Source: Octopus vulgaris
Taxonomy: Eukaryota
NCBI GenBank assembly: GCA_951406725.2
Contig: OX597815.1
Location: 372,001-436,000 of the forward strand
Reading direction: 5' to 3'
DNA length: 64,000 bases
The position numbers and the translations under genes are program-made. A model generated the notes under the pieces. It worked only from the letters and a program-made list of their open reading frames with translations. It was not told the origin of the DNA and did no database searches. Positions within the stretch are counted from its first letter, which is position 1, and every line of letters starts with the position of its first letter. Of this stretch, positions 26,002-39,480 are shown piece by piece.

Positions 26002-28106
26002 AGTGTTTGACTAGTTCCTCCTATGAAAGCCACTTCTATGAGTACAGGTCTTGTTGGAATTCAGTAATAGAAATAGAAAACTATGTTCAGTTGGAAAGGG
26101 TCTTATTGGATGTCAAGGTACTTCACTAAAATGGGCTCTCATTCAGCTGAGATGCCTTGCTAAAAACCATTTATAATCTGAGGGAAGACAGCACTGATTC
26201 TCAAGAAAATTAGGCATGAACACTGCAATTTTCCGTGATCTATTTTCATTGGTAGCTGTGCCTAATTTTAGTTTTGATGAGGCCTTTGTTTATAGAAAGT
26301 TTGCAGGGAGAGACGTGTTAAGACACTTTCCCTCAAATGGTTTCTTGGAAAATTATGAAATATTTTTTTATTTTGTGGGGCCCTAAATTTGTAGTTTGTG
26401 TTTAAGTCTGACAATGGACATCACCTCTCACTTAAATCAGTGCCAAAGACAATGAGTAAATGTGTTTTATAAACAAATTGAAATGTTTGAGGAAGAAATC
26501 TCACAAATGCCAAATTTTCATATTTTCCTTTCAGTCTAAATTGGTTTTGAATTTTGGTGCAAGGCTTGTATTTTTGGTGGGAGGGTGTAAATCAATTACA
26601 TTGACCCCCAGTGCTCAACTGGTACTTAATTTATCAACTCTGAAGGGATAAAAGATAAAGTTGAACCGTGGCAGAATTTGAACTTGGTATGTAAAGTCAG
26701 ATGAAATGCGACTAAACATTTTGGCTGGTGTGCTAACGATTCTGCCAGTTGGCCACTTCTGGAAATATATTACACTGATGTACAGACATGACACTGTTAT
26801 ATATAACAGATGACCCCCCAACCTGCAATCATTATTTGGAAGTATTATTAAAAAAAAATTAATTCAAATTAGTCATGAAGTCTACATTGTTGCTTGTCTT
26901 GCTAGAAATAACAGTTATTTCTCCCTTAAATCAAACCATAACATCTCAAAAAGAAGTGAGTCTGGAGTGTAAAATGTCTGCAAAAAAAAAAAAAAAGGAG
27001 GGGATGGTCATAGTTGGAGTTCTTATGACAGATCATCTCCGTTAAGGTTGACCTGGACATAAACATCTTTAAATTAGATAATGAGTGGAACACAGCAACA
27101 ATTAACTGTAAGTCTGAGTTAATCATTTTGTTAATTTATCAGCTTAATGTTGTTGCTAATTAAATACTCAATATAATTGTTAATCACTCAAAATAGTTAA
27201 TTAAATACCCAGCCTGGAATTAATTAAGGAGTTACTCCACTTTCTCAATGTAGCACCCCCTCCACACACACATATCTTCAAACTTATGGTATTAAAGAGA
27301 GCTTATAGTCACAATGAAAGCATCGTTTGAAAAAATGTTTCTTTAATGAGAATCGAACAACAGCACCTGTACGATGACATTTTGTTGGATTATTTTGGAT
27401 TTCAACAGCAATCAAATAATTTAGAGAGAGAGAGAGAGAGGTGATAGAAAGAGAAGTTAAAGATTTTTTTAAAGTAATTGGTTTTAAATAAGTTCACAGA
27501 AAGAAAGTTAAGTGTTTATACAAGAGTCAACTCTCACACCTGTACACACACACACACACAATAAAAAAGATAAAAAAAGATATACAATATAAATTACTAT
27601 AAACTCAATCATTTATAAAGAATTAAATCTTAGTATTAATTGTTTATTATAAAAATATTTATATATTTCTCTTTATTAAAAAAGAAAAAAAAATTCTTTT
27701 GATAAAAATCTTAAGATTGGCATGGAGAGTGGAACATTCAGTAAATGGTTTAGATTTTGTAAAAATTCTGGTGCTGAAAAAAGGTTTTGACAAAGTGAAC
27801 ATTTTGATTTCGACTTGTTTTTGTAATTCTTTAATTATTTTACAATTTGATGCTAACCAAACATTTTGGATTCAGGGGACTTAACAGCCACAAGTCAGAG
27901 AGTGCAATACTAACCCAGAACAAACTTAAATATCCATACATGTGCACACACACACACACACACTCTGAGTGTAAAAGACTAATCAATGGTCGATTCTGTT
28001 TGTCTGAGAGTTCACTGTTAACAACAACAACAACAACAACACTTGTATGAATGATTTTAAAATGAACATCTCTCAATGGAACACACAAAACGGTTTATCC
28101 TTTTGT

Positions 28107-28487
28107 TTGTTTCAGTCAGGAGACTGTGGCCATGCTGGGGCACTGCCTTGAAGAATTTTTCAGTCAGAGAAGTCGACTCCAGTACTTATTTTCTGTTTTT
28201 AATGCCTCCAGTACTTATTCTATCAGTCTCTTTGCACTGAACTGCTAAGTTATGGGGATGTAAACAAACCAACTCTATCTGTCAAGCGTTGGTGGAGGAC
28301 AAACACACACATACATGTGTATACAATGGGTTTCTTTCAGTTTCCATCAACCAAATGTATTTGCAAGGCTTTGGTTGGCCCAAGGCTAAAGTAGAAGACA
28401 CTTGCCCAAGGTGCCACATGATGGGACTGAACCTGGAACCATGTGGCTGGGAAGCAACCTTCTTACCACACAGCCACTCCTGCACCT
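28107..28487 (-). mobile_element. SINE family A copy
   Basis: Reverse complement is collinear with 57354-57746. Confidence 0.82.
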
Positions 28488-28912
28488 AATTTAATCAGAA
28501 GATAACACGGATAATCCAATTGCACTAATCTTCTCATTATTAGTTTATAAGATTATTAATTAGTTTAATTACTGCATGTCTGTCTCTTGTGATTGGATCA
28601 CTGTCCCACAAGGAGAGAGTCCTCTGCTGCTGTTCCTACTTGGCTGCCATCACTAACTATTTTAATTCAGTCATCAATGATGCTTCAACAGATGTGGGCA
28701 GAATTCCGTAATATTTCTCAAACCATGTCATTTCATTCATTTGAGACAATAACGATTCACTGTTAATTATAAACAATGACCATTTCTCACAGGTCATTAA
28801 CATTTTAGTGCTTATCTCGTCTGTTGCTTCAGCTAAGGATTAAGAGCATATAATCTACACCCCTTTCAACTATATATATACACACGTGTGTGTGTGTGTG
28901 TGTGTGTGAATA

Positions 28913-30444
28913 CAGACGGGGGAAATAAATATTCGTACATGTCAATATTCTTAATTTAGTTTCTAATGAACATAAATGGGATTTACCACTATTATATATT
29001 TGCATACACATGCATAAACTAAGAATATGCGAAAGAAACTAATAAATTATTGTAACTAAGGAATTTATATTCAATTATAAATATTTAGGGTGAAAAAAGT
29101 ATTCGTACAGAACATAAATAACTGATAACTCTGATTTAATACTTCGTAGCATAACCATTATTCAGTTCCACTTCAACCAATGTCTTCTTGTAGTTCTTCA
29201 CCAATGACTCGCATGTTTGTTTAGGAATTTTTTCCCATTCTTCTTGACAAATTTTCTTCAAATCTGCAATGCACGTTGGGGCTCTTCAATGAATTTTAAT
29301 TTTCAAATAACGCCACAAATTTTCAATGGGGTTCAAGTCAGGTGACTGGCTTGGCCATTCTAATAATTTTATATTGTGATCGACAATCCATTTTTTGGTA
29401 GACTTCGCCGTGTGCTTAGGGTCGTTATCCAGTTGTAAAACCCACCCTTCACAAAGCTGGAGCTTTTCTACAGAGTCCCATAAATTATTGTTCAAAATAT
29501 TTTGGTACATCTCTGCATTCATTCTACCATCTATCACATGTAAATTGCCAGTACCATTTGCAGAGAAACACCCCCACACCATGATGTTGCCACCTCCAAA
29601 CCTGTCTACGTGAATTTCTTCCAAACAATTCAATTTTCGACTCGTCTGTCTATAGAACATTTTCCCAGAATGTATTAGATTTATCTTTATGTTCATAAAC
29701 AAATTTTAAATGGGCATCTCTATGCCTTTTAGTCAACAGCGGAGTTTTTCTAGGAGAGCGTGACTTCAGTTCATTCCTATGAAGTTCGTAGTGTAACACT
29801 AGTCCCTGAAGCTAACAAATCTTCTTGCAACTCCTTTCTGGTGATCATTGCGTTTTTTTCGATTCTTGGCTTCACTTTTCTTAAAGATCTAGGGGAAATC
29901 TTGCATGGTGCACTGGATCTTATTCTGTTTTCAACAGTTCCCAATTTTTTATAACTTTGAATAAATGAAGATATGGTAGAAAATGGAATACAAAGGGTCT
30001 CTGATATTTTCCTGTAACTTTTACCTGCTTTCCACTGTTCAATTATTAAGTTTTTCACTGTATTTGCGAGTTCTTTACTTTTTGCCATTCTTACGATACT
30101 ACTTTATGTTGTCTCAGTGCTGAATGAAGAAGCTAATGTTTTGACACTTAAAAATGACAACTGATAAGATTATTGGAACAAACGAGAAAGTTCTAGTAAA
30201 ATAAAAAAATTACTTTAACAGTATTTTGTGGCATAGAAAATCATAAATTTATTCTGTACGAATACTTTTTCACCACTAAATATTTATGATTGTATATAAA
30301 TTCCTTAGTTACTATTATTTATTAGTTTCTTTCACATATTCTTAGTTTATGCAAAGCAAATGTAGTATTGGTAAATCCCATTTATGTTCATTAGAAATTA
30401 AATAAAGAATTTTGACATGTATGAATATTTATTTCCTCCCACTG
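28913..30444 (-). mobile_element. Tc1 family DNA transposon (DD34E, long IR/DR-type TIRs), defective
   Basis: TA|CAG...CTG|TA; about 200-bp imperfect TIRs with an inner repeat of the terminal motif (29089-29110); transposase 30088 to 29136 with MAKSKEL..., GGGNIMVWGCFS, D-34aa-E (DNDPKH...SPDLNPIE); stops and a deletion. Confidence 0.93.
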
Positions 30445-30607
30445 TATATACACGTGTGTGTGTGTACATATACTTCTGCATAAATGCACACACACACACA
30501 TATATATATATATACACACACACATATATATATATATATACATACACACACACATATATATATATACATATACACACACACACACATATATATACACACA
30601 TACATAT

Positions 30608-30953
30608 TTGTGAAAGATATGCCATAATATATATCTGGAAGATCCTGGAAGGACTTGTCCCAAACTTTGGCATCGAGAGTCACACAAATGCCAGAACTGG
30701 GCGCCACTGCATCGTGCCAGGGACTCCAAATTTGCCATCAAGATGTAGGACAAGATACTGTGATAGCCTGGGCTTCAGAGGCCCACAGCTCTTCAATATC
30801 CTCCCGAAGAACCTGAGGGACCTGCATGGTGTAGATGCGGATGTCTTTAAAGTAGGACTGGATCTCTTCCTGTCAGGTGTCCCGGATGAACCAACTTCAC
30901 GGCAGGAGGTGCAGATGAGGGCAGTTGCTAAAAAGCATTCGTGAGGTAAAATC
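30608..30953 (+). mobile_element. CR1/Jockey-group LINE 3' fragment (second family)
   Basis: ERYAIIYIWKILEGLVPN...[14 protein letters not shown]...FK..LDLFL..VPDEP. Confidence 0.8.
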
Positions 30954-31043
30954 ATGTGTGTGTATATATATATGTGTATGTATATATGTGTATGTATATA
31001 TATATGTGTATGTATATATGTGTATGTATATATATATGTATGT

Positions 31044-31084
<41 letters not shown>

Positions 31085-31108
31085 TGTATGTATATATATA
31101 TATGTATG

Positions 31109-31139
<31 letters not shown>

Positions 31140-31354
31140 GTGTAGATATATGTATATATATACGTACACACATATATATATACATATATATATACACATA
31201 TACATATATCTATATACACGCATATATATACACACATATATATATACATATATGTATATATATATATATATACACATATATACACACACACAAATATATA
31301 CATATATGTATATATATATACACATATATACATACACACATATAAATATACATA

Positions 31355-31867
31355 TCATCATCATCATCATTTAGCGTCCGCTTTCCATGCTAGCATGGGT
31401 TGGACGGGTCAACTGGGGTCTGTGAAGCTGGAAGGCTTCGTCAGGCCCAGTCAGATCTGGCAGTGTTTCTACGGCTGGATGCCCTTCCTAACGCCAACCA
31501 CTCCGTGAGTGTAGTGGGTGCTTTTTTACGTGCCACCTGCACAGGTGCCAGACAGAGCTGGCGAACGGATGGTGCTTTTACGTGCCACCGACACGGGGGC
31601 CAAGCAGAGCTGGCAAACAGCCATGAGCGAATGGTGCTTTTACGTATCACCGGCACGGGTGCCAGACGAGGATGACAGCAGACACGAACGGATGGGTCAC
31701 TTAACCCCTGCTTTCTGATATATGATTTGATTGTTCTCACTGGTCTTGCCGGGTCTTCTGACGCACAGCATACTTCCATAGGTCTCGGTCTCTGGTCATT
31801 TCCTTGGTGAGACCTAGAGTTCGAAGGTCGTGCTTCACCACCTCGACCCAGGTTTTCCTGGGTCTAC
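31355..31867 (-). mobile_element. RTE LINE 3' end in microsatellite
   Basis: [20 protein letters not shown]...; (CAT)n on the plus strand. Confidence 0.85.
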
Positions 31868-31986
31868 ATATATGTATATATATATATATATACACATATA
31901 TACATGCACACATATAAATATACATATACGTATATATATATATATATATACACATATATACATACACACATAAATATACATATATG

Positions 31987-32018
<32 letters not shown>

Positions 32019-32092
32019 TACATACACACATATATATATACATATATGCACATATATACATACACACATATATACATATACACATATATACA

Positions 32093-32131
<39 letters not shown>

Positions 32132-32385
32132 CATCATCATCATTTAGCGTCCGTTTTCCATGCTAGCATGGGTTGGACGGTTTAACTGGGGTCTGTGAAG
32201 CCGGAAGGCTTCATGAGGCCCAGTTAGAATTGGCAGTGTTTCTACTGCTGGATGCCCTTCCTGACGCCAACCACTCCGCGAGTGTAGTGGGTGTTTTTTA
32301 CGTGCCACCTGCACATATATACATACACACATATATGTATATATATATATATATATACATATATACATACATACATACATATATA

Positions 32386-32772
32386 CATTGGCATCGAGAG
32401 TCACACAAATGCCAGAACTGGGCGCCACTGCGTGGTGCCTAGGACTCCAAACCTGCCATCAAGATGTAGGACAAGATACTGTGATAGCCTGGGCTTACGA
32501 GGCCCACAGCTCTTCAATATCCTCCCGAAGAATCTAAGAGACCTGCATGGGGTGGATGCTGATGTCTTTAAAATGAAACTGGATCTCTTCCTGTCAGGTA
32601 TCCCAGATGAACCAACTTCACGACAGGAGGTGCAGATGAGGGCAACTGCATCAAACTCTCTCATGCACCAAATGGCAATTGCTAAAAAGCATTCGTGAAG
32701 TAAAACCATGTAGCAACACCAAATGGCGGTGCCCCAGCGTGGCCATTTGAAACTAGAATCAATCAATCAATA
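32386..32772 (+). mobile_element. CR1/Jockey-group LINE 3' end (same family as 30608)
   Basis: Closely similar peptide; ends gcggtgccccagcgtggcc...(AATC)n. Confidence 0.82.
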
Positions 32773-32927
32773 TACATATAATGTATATGTATATATAATA
32801 TATATGTATATATAATAAATATATATATGTATATGATATATATATAGAACCTGCATTACTCATTTTATATATTTTCACTTACCAATAAATAAATATGGAG
32901 GAATTAAAAAAAAAAAAAATTTTTTTT

Positions 32928-33083
32928 AATATCCTTTACACCCCTCCTGCACAAATTTATCCAAGTTTTGACACTTTAGAGACATCAGATCTTCTGAATC
33001 TGACTACCAAGACTCATAAGATCTGATGTCTCTAAAGTGTCAAAACTTGGATAAATTTGTGCAGGAGGGGTGTAAAGGATATT
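32928..33083. repeat. Perfect 66-bp inverted repeat with 24-nt loop
   Basis: 32928-32993 equals the reverse complement of 33018-33083; extends imperfectly to about 32899/33113. Confidence 0.92.
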
Positions 33084-33633
33084 TAAAAATTTTTTTGTTT
33101 TTTAATAATTCCTTCTTGAATTTCCCCTTTCTCTTATTGATATACACTGGGCAGAGACATTTGCAGTTTCAGGTCTTCTTTTATTTCTTTCAGCCAATTA
33201 ACCAAGGCCATGCTGGGGCAGTGCTTTCAAGGGTTTAGTCGAAGAAATTGACCCCAGGACTTTTTTCTTTAAAGTTTGATAATTACCCTATTAGCCTCTT
33301 GCTGAACTGTTACATTACAGGGATGTGAACAAACCAACACCAATTGTCAAGCTATACCAGGGACAAACTGATATTGTGGCAAGCTGGCAGGATGGTCAAC
33401 ACGCTGGGCAGTGTTTCATGTCTTTACTTTCTGAGTTCAAATCCCGTTGAAGTCGAGCTTGCGTTTCATAATTTCAGGGTCGATAAATTAAGTACCAGTT
33501 GCATACTAGGGTCGATCTAATCAACTGGCCCCCTCTCCCAAAATTTCAGGCCCTGTGCCAAGTGTAGAAAAGAATCTGTGTGTGTAAATGTGTATGGGTG
33601 TATGTGTATATGTATATATATATATGTATATAT

Positions 33634-34478
33634 ACATGGGCCGTGACTGCTGAGGATATGCGTAAGCTCGCAAGAAATGAAGCCAGTATGCTCCGTTGGA
33701 TGTGTAATGTCAGTGTTCATACCTGACAGAGTGTAAGTGCCTTGAGAGAAAAGTTGGACCTAAGAAGCATCAGATGTGGTGTGCAAGAGAGGCGTCTACG
33801 CTGGTATGGACACGTAGTAAGAATGGATGAAGATAGTTGTGTGAAAAAGTGCCACACCCTAGCGGTTGAGGGAACCTGTGGAAAAAGTAGACCCAGGAAA
33901 ACCTGGGACGAGGTGGTGAAGAACGACCTTCGCGCTTTAGGTCTCACCGAGGAAATGACCAGAGACCGAGACCTTTCGAAGTATGCTGTGCGTGAGAAGA
34001 CCCGGCAGGACACATGAGGCCATAACCCATGGCCCCTACCTGAGACATAGTCAGTGCACCTGTGCATACTTCCTTCTTGGGACACATAACTCTACTTGTG
34101 AAAACCTGTTGAGGCAAGTGAAAATCAAATCAAATCAAAATCGATGAACATCAATGGAATTTGCATTTTTGTGGTACTAGTGCCGGTGGCACATAAGAAA
34201 GCCATCCGAACGTGGCTGTAACCAGTAACGCATCGACTGGCCTTCGTGCTGTGGGCACGTAACAAACACCATCCAATCGTGGCCGTTTGCCAGCCTCGTC
34301 TGGCACATAAAAAGCACCCACTACACTCACGGAGTGGTTGGCGTTAGGAAGGGCATCCAGCTGTAGAAACACTGCCAGATCAGACTAGGCCTGGCGCAGC
34401 CTTCTGGCTTCCCAGACTCCAGTTGAACCGTCCAACCCATGCTAGCATTGAAAGTGGACGCTAAATGATGATGATGAT
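33634..34478 (+). mobile_element. RTE LINE 3' fragment
   Basis: QERRLRWYGHVVRMDEDSCVKKC...RPRKTWDEVVKNDL; (GAT)n tail. Confidence 0.87.
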
Positions 34479-34506
34479 ATATATACACACACATATATAT
34501 ACACAC

Positions 34507-34544
<38 letters not shown>

Positions 34545-36379
34545 GTGCATATACATGTGTTGTGTCCATTGGACGAACTAATCTCAAAAAAAAAAAAAAA
34601 AGTTTAACATTTAAAGGTTTTTTGTTGTTATTTAATTTTTTTTCCTTCTTCTCCAAACCGAATTTACAGTTCTATACACGACTAACATCAAGTGTTTTTG
34701 TCGAAGTCTGCCGTGATAGACTGGTGTTTCTAGTGAGGGCATCAGTCTGTCTCCATGAAAGTGGAACTGACACATGGAGGCTATTTAGAATTTTAAGTTG
34801 AAGCTCAAAAAGTTTTGAAAAATGTCTAAGATTCAGCAGTGAAACATTTGAAAGGAGCATCACTGTAAGAAAAAGTTGACTGCAATTAATTTAGAATTGA
34901 ATCCTAAACTGATAAAAGTTAATTGTTTTAAGAATCCCAGTGACAAACTTTTACGTGCGTGTGTATGTGTGTGTGTATAGGACAATGAGGGAGAGTCAGG
35001 TGGCTTGACCTGGTAGAAATGGAAGCCAAACATCCCTCAAATCACAACCTACCATCTTCTAAGAAGACTACTACTGTACACTATTATTATTAAAAAGAAA
35101 AACAGGATGGCCATGGGTGGAATGCTTTTTGGTCATAAACCTGTTTGATTAAGGTTTACAAGAGTAGGGTGGACAAAATTATTTGGAAGCATCTTTGTTG
35201 TGGTTCTAAACTCACTGGACTGTGGTCATGCTGGGGCAGAATGTTTTCAAATTGAGTCATTGAAATCCCTTCACCTGTAAAATTTATAAAAAGATTCAAA
35301 GGGAAAAAAAATATAAAAATTGTTTTGGTTTAATTAAAGAATCCTGAAGATGAAATTATTTGCTGCTAATTAAAACACAAGTCAACCAGAAAGTCTCTAC
35401 TTGCTAGAAATAGCTGTCTTAAGGATACCCTCCAAAAGACATGATTATAGCTGGAATACCTTTCATCTACTCAGGGCTGACCTACAATTAAGAATAAACG
35501 ATGTAAAAATACTGTTTTAAAAAGGACAATGCCCTATTTTTTTTTTGCAGGGTCAGGCTTAATTGCTTCACTTGCCTTCATCATAAACACTGATTAGTGA
35601 GGGTAATTAGCCACCCTATTAACTGGAGGACGATTGGAGCTTCCTCATCAAACTATGGCAGGATTGGAATCTCAGTAGTGTTGGCCTGCAAAAGCACTCC
35701 TCAACTCTAGTACTCCCACTGCTTACTTTCCCCAGCTCAGTGAGACACAGGTTTTAGCAACAGGATTAGTGGATTAGCAGCTGGGATTAGTGTTATTATG
35801 ACTTGGATGTTGACACTCTACTGACATGACCAGCTGCAGCATTCAAAGATTTAATTACATTTTTGGAGGAAAAATAATTGTATTAATTACAGTCAATGTT
35901 TTTAATTATAAACTTGAAGAGCTGAAATATAAAAACATTAAAAAAATTTTTTTTTTGTTTCATTTTTGAAAAATTGGTTGAAATCATGAGAAAGCAGAAT
36001 TTTACAAAAGACAAAAAAAAAAAGTGATTGATGATTGAAAGAATAAAAACATTGCAAGAAAATGAAAATAAAAGCCACGGATCACAGCCAAAGGAAATGT
36101 AGAATTTTTAAGACAAGACTAGGTTTTCCTGTAGAGAAAATAAATTGTCTGAATTTGAAGAAAAACTTTTGGAATTTGATTTGGGAAATAATAAATAAAA
36201 AATATTAAAAAACAAATCCCAGAAATTAAAGTAAAAAATTTAGCTGGAGCAGAAAAGTGTGTGTGTGTGTGTGTGTGGGGGGTTATCAGCAGTTTTAATA
36301 TTGTTACCATTACAAGTTCAGAATGGTAATATACATGTACACACACGCACACACTTTTGCCATTATAACTTAAAAATGG

Positions 36380-36434
<55 letters not shown>

Positions 36435-37447
36435 CAGAAATAAACACATTTTTACCATTACAAGTTAAAAATGGAAATATATGAATGCATATATATATTA
36501 TACATCCATTCATGTATATGTGTGGGTGTTTATATACATACACACATAGCTGTGTGAAACATTATTATATATGTATATATATATATATACACAGCTACAC
36601 AAATATTTCACACAAAATGGTGTGTGCTAATGTTAATTTTTTAATTCAATTATTTCATAACGAAAATAATGAAACACATTTAAGAACCGAAGACAAAATT
36701 GAAAACCCCATTTGCCAATTTGAAACCCTAACCTTAAGATAAGCTTCTTACATCAGCTCTTACTCCTTCCACCCTTCTAACATCAGCTCTTACTCCTCCC
36801 ACCCATCTTATGACTCCATACCCTTTTTGAAAAAATGTTTGAAAAGCAAAACTTTTGAGTGTCTAAGTGAAACAAAGCTTTAAATCTGTGGGGGTGGGGG
36901 AAGATAAATAAGGGTCACATATGCACAAGGCCACAATTTTGGGGGAGGATTATGTCTAACTGAGTACATGACCGGGATTTTGTTATTGACAGCCACACCC
37001 CGGAAGGACAGAAATGAAATTTCATGTTGGTGGGATTTAAACTCAGAAGAGGAATGCAACCAAATGCTGTCGTAGCATTTGGTCCGTCACTTTTACGAAT
37101 GAATCAAAGACGGAGAAGAAGGTAAAAAAAAACGAAAAGGGAATTTCAGGGATCTATTAAGGCATTTCTAAAGAATGACATCAATAAATAAGGATAAAAC
37201 ACCCCCAAAAAATGTTACCTGCATTAAAAGGTTGGAAATTTCACAGATTGAAAAGAATGGAAGAGATACAAATGACAACAAGATACATTGAAGCCGAAAT
37301 ACAGGAAGCAAAGAGTCATGCTTTTTGCCTTGAATAGAAATTTTAAAATAATAATAATAATACTAACATTATTATATCACAAAATTGTAACATGCACAAT
37401 TGTCTGTTACGAAAGCCACAACAGTGATGAGGATGAATGGACAATTA

Positions 37448-37764
37448 CTATAACTTAAATTCACCGTGTAAGATCTGCAAATAAATGTCGTTTGATAGTG
37501 GAACGTAACACATGGCTGATCGGCTGAGAAAATAGAGAGAGTCTGAGATGAGTTCTGGATTAAAAGCTTCTTTCTGAAGTTTTGGTTTATGATATTTAAA
37601 AGTTCCTGTGAGGTAAACTTCTTTTTGTGTTCGTAAAAACAGTGGAATCGAGTAAGTTGGTAATTTCTTTTGACAGTGTTGGTAGAGAACTTCAAGTTGG
37701 TTCTTACTCAAAGCTCCTGCATTTTCGAGTTTCAAAGAGGCCATGCCGGCTCGGCCTTCATAAC
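37448..37764 (-). CDS. SLC27A: SLC27A terminal coding exon (317 bp to stop)
   Basis: atccag|GT TAT GAA GGC CGA GCC GGC ATG; GYEGRAGMASL...LPTYSIPLFLR...TGTFKYHKPKLQKEAFNP...GEFKL, stop TAG. Confidence 0.95.
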
Positions 37765-38330
37765 CTGGATGGAGAGATTAAATGGAAAGTTAATTATCTT
37801 TTGAAAATGTTTGTCATTAGATTGGGTTACTTGCCAGACAGGCCAACAACTGGATTGGATCTGGTAAATCTACAACATTAGGGGGGAAAAACAAAGAAGT
37901 TTCTGAACGGCCAACAACAACGTTCTGGTGAAAAAAAGAATTGGATTACAGCAGTTGGGACGAGAAGTAGAGAGTAAGACTGGCAGGAACACACACAGAG
38001 AAAGAAGCAAGTAGGAGTAGACACACACACACACACAGAGAAAGAAGCAAGTAGGAGTAGACATATTTATGTAGACACACACACACACACACACACACAC
38101 AACTGTGAAACAATGCCATCAGAAACAGCCATTTGTCTTGTTTACACCAACAGAAGGAGGCTTTGCTAGAAATAACAGCCAAGTGCATTAAACAGACATT
38201 TACATGTCTTATCTGTATGTCAGCTTATCAGAAAGGACATCCACTGTTATCCCATGTAAACTTCATAAGATTAGCTCTAAAGTTGTCTTGGTTACCTGTC
38301 CATTCAAGTGGTAAAAAAGAAATAGTTTAC

Positions 38331-38428
38331 CTGTGACTTCCACACCATATACAACAACATCTTGAATGAAACTGATGTCTCTTAAAGTTTCAGTTATGTC
38401 TTGTGTGGCCACATTTTCTCCTTTCCAT
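38331..38428 (-). CDS. SLC27A: SLC27A exon (98 bp)
   Basis: ttacag|A TGG AAA GGA ... ACA G|gtaaac; completes the FATP signature GDTFRWKGENV; phase 2/1. Confidence 0.95.
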
Positions 38429-38689
38429 CTGTAAAATGAAAATAACAAGACTGAATCATAAAGATCTGTAAAAGATAATAGTTGACTAAATCTGTGAGAA
38501 AACCTTGTGAAACACACCACACAGATTGTTATAAACAATATCAAAATATTTAAGCTTAATAGCATCGTGGCTCAAACAGAAATACATGGGTTTTCGACTT
38601 ACTTCAAAATAATCAGTTATTATAAGTGTTAAAAATAATAAAAGATAAATATTTATTATTAAACTTTAATTTCTTTTAATGTTATTATT

Positions 38690-39480
38690 TGGTGGTGCAA
38701 AGTCCCAGCCAGACCTAAGGTGACATGGTGGTAGAACAATATAGTTGACAGGCCTATCAGGGCAAAGAAACAAGCTTGGAAGGGTGGTAGTAGCAAACAG
38801 CCAGAAGGGAAGCGAAGAAGCAATTATTGTTAGCAAAAAGGAAGAAGTTTGTCAAGGAAAATTGTGATGTTGTGGGAGAAACATGTGTTCGCATGGATGG
38901 TGGTTCACTTGCAAAGAAAGAGGCCTGGAAGTGTCACTATGAAGGCTACTAAATATAGAGAACGCATGGGAGAAGGAGAGTCTGCCTCATGTTGATCCAA
39001 CAAAGGGAGAAGCAATCCAAATAGACAGTAGTGTTGTAGACAAAGCCATGAAGGATATGAAAACATCAACAATATCTGGTGGTGTGGGTTATGGTCTAGT
39101 CACTTTATTAGTTAATCAGGTGGTACATGACATACCCAATGACTGGTTGGCATTAGGAAGGGCATCCAGCTGTAGAAACATTGCCAGATCAGATTGGAGC
39201 CTGGTGCAGCCTCTGGCTTCCCAGACCCCAGTCAAACCTTACAAGCCATGCCAGCATGGAAAACGGACGTTAATTGATGATGATGATGATGATGGGTGGA
39301 AGGTACACAAGTACAATAAACACTAAAAAATGTAGAGAAAATAGACTGCATCAATTGTCAGGTGGGTAAGCTAGAGGTAGTTGATAGCTTCCGTTATCCA
39401 GATGACAAAAGTTTAGCTGTGAGAATAAGAATAGATTGGGCAAAGTTCAGAGAGCTCCTACCTCTGAGATAACATAGGAA
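38690..39480 (+). mobile_element. Fragmented RTE LINE
   Basis: DVVGETCVRMD, GVGYGLV..LVNQVV, plus a 3' end with (GAT)n. Further 3' ends at 15410-15890(-), 42425-42865(+), 58050-58275(+), 59885-60108(+) and 63205-63313(+). Confidence 0.7.

Larger units (their letters stand above)
30445..32846. repeat. Compound (TA)/(CA)/(TG) microsatellite field interleaved with LINE fragments
   Basis: Long alternating purine-pyrimidine tracts at 30445-30607, 30954-31354, 31866-32130, 32314-32387 and 32770-32846. Confidence 0.95.

Noticed and set aside
30391-32442. Numerous long ORFs rich in Y/I/C/V/H/T
   Set aside because: They are translations of TA/CA/TG microsatellites, which lack stop codons
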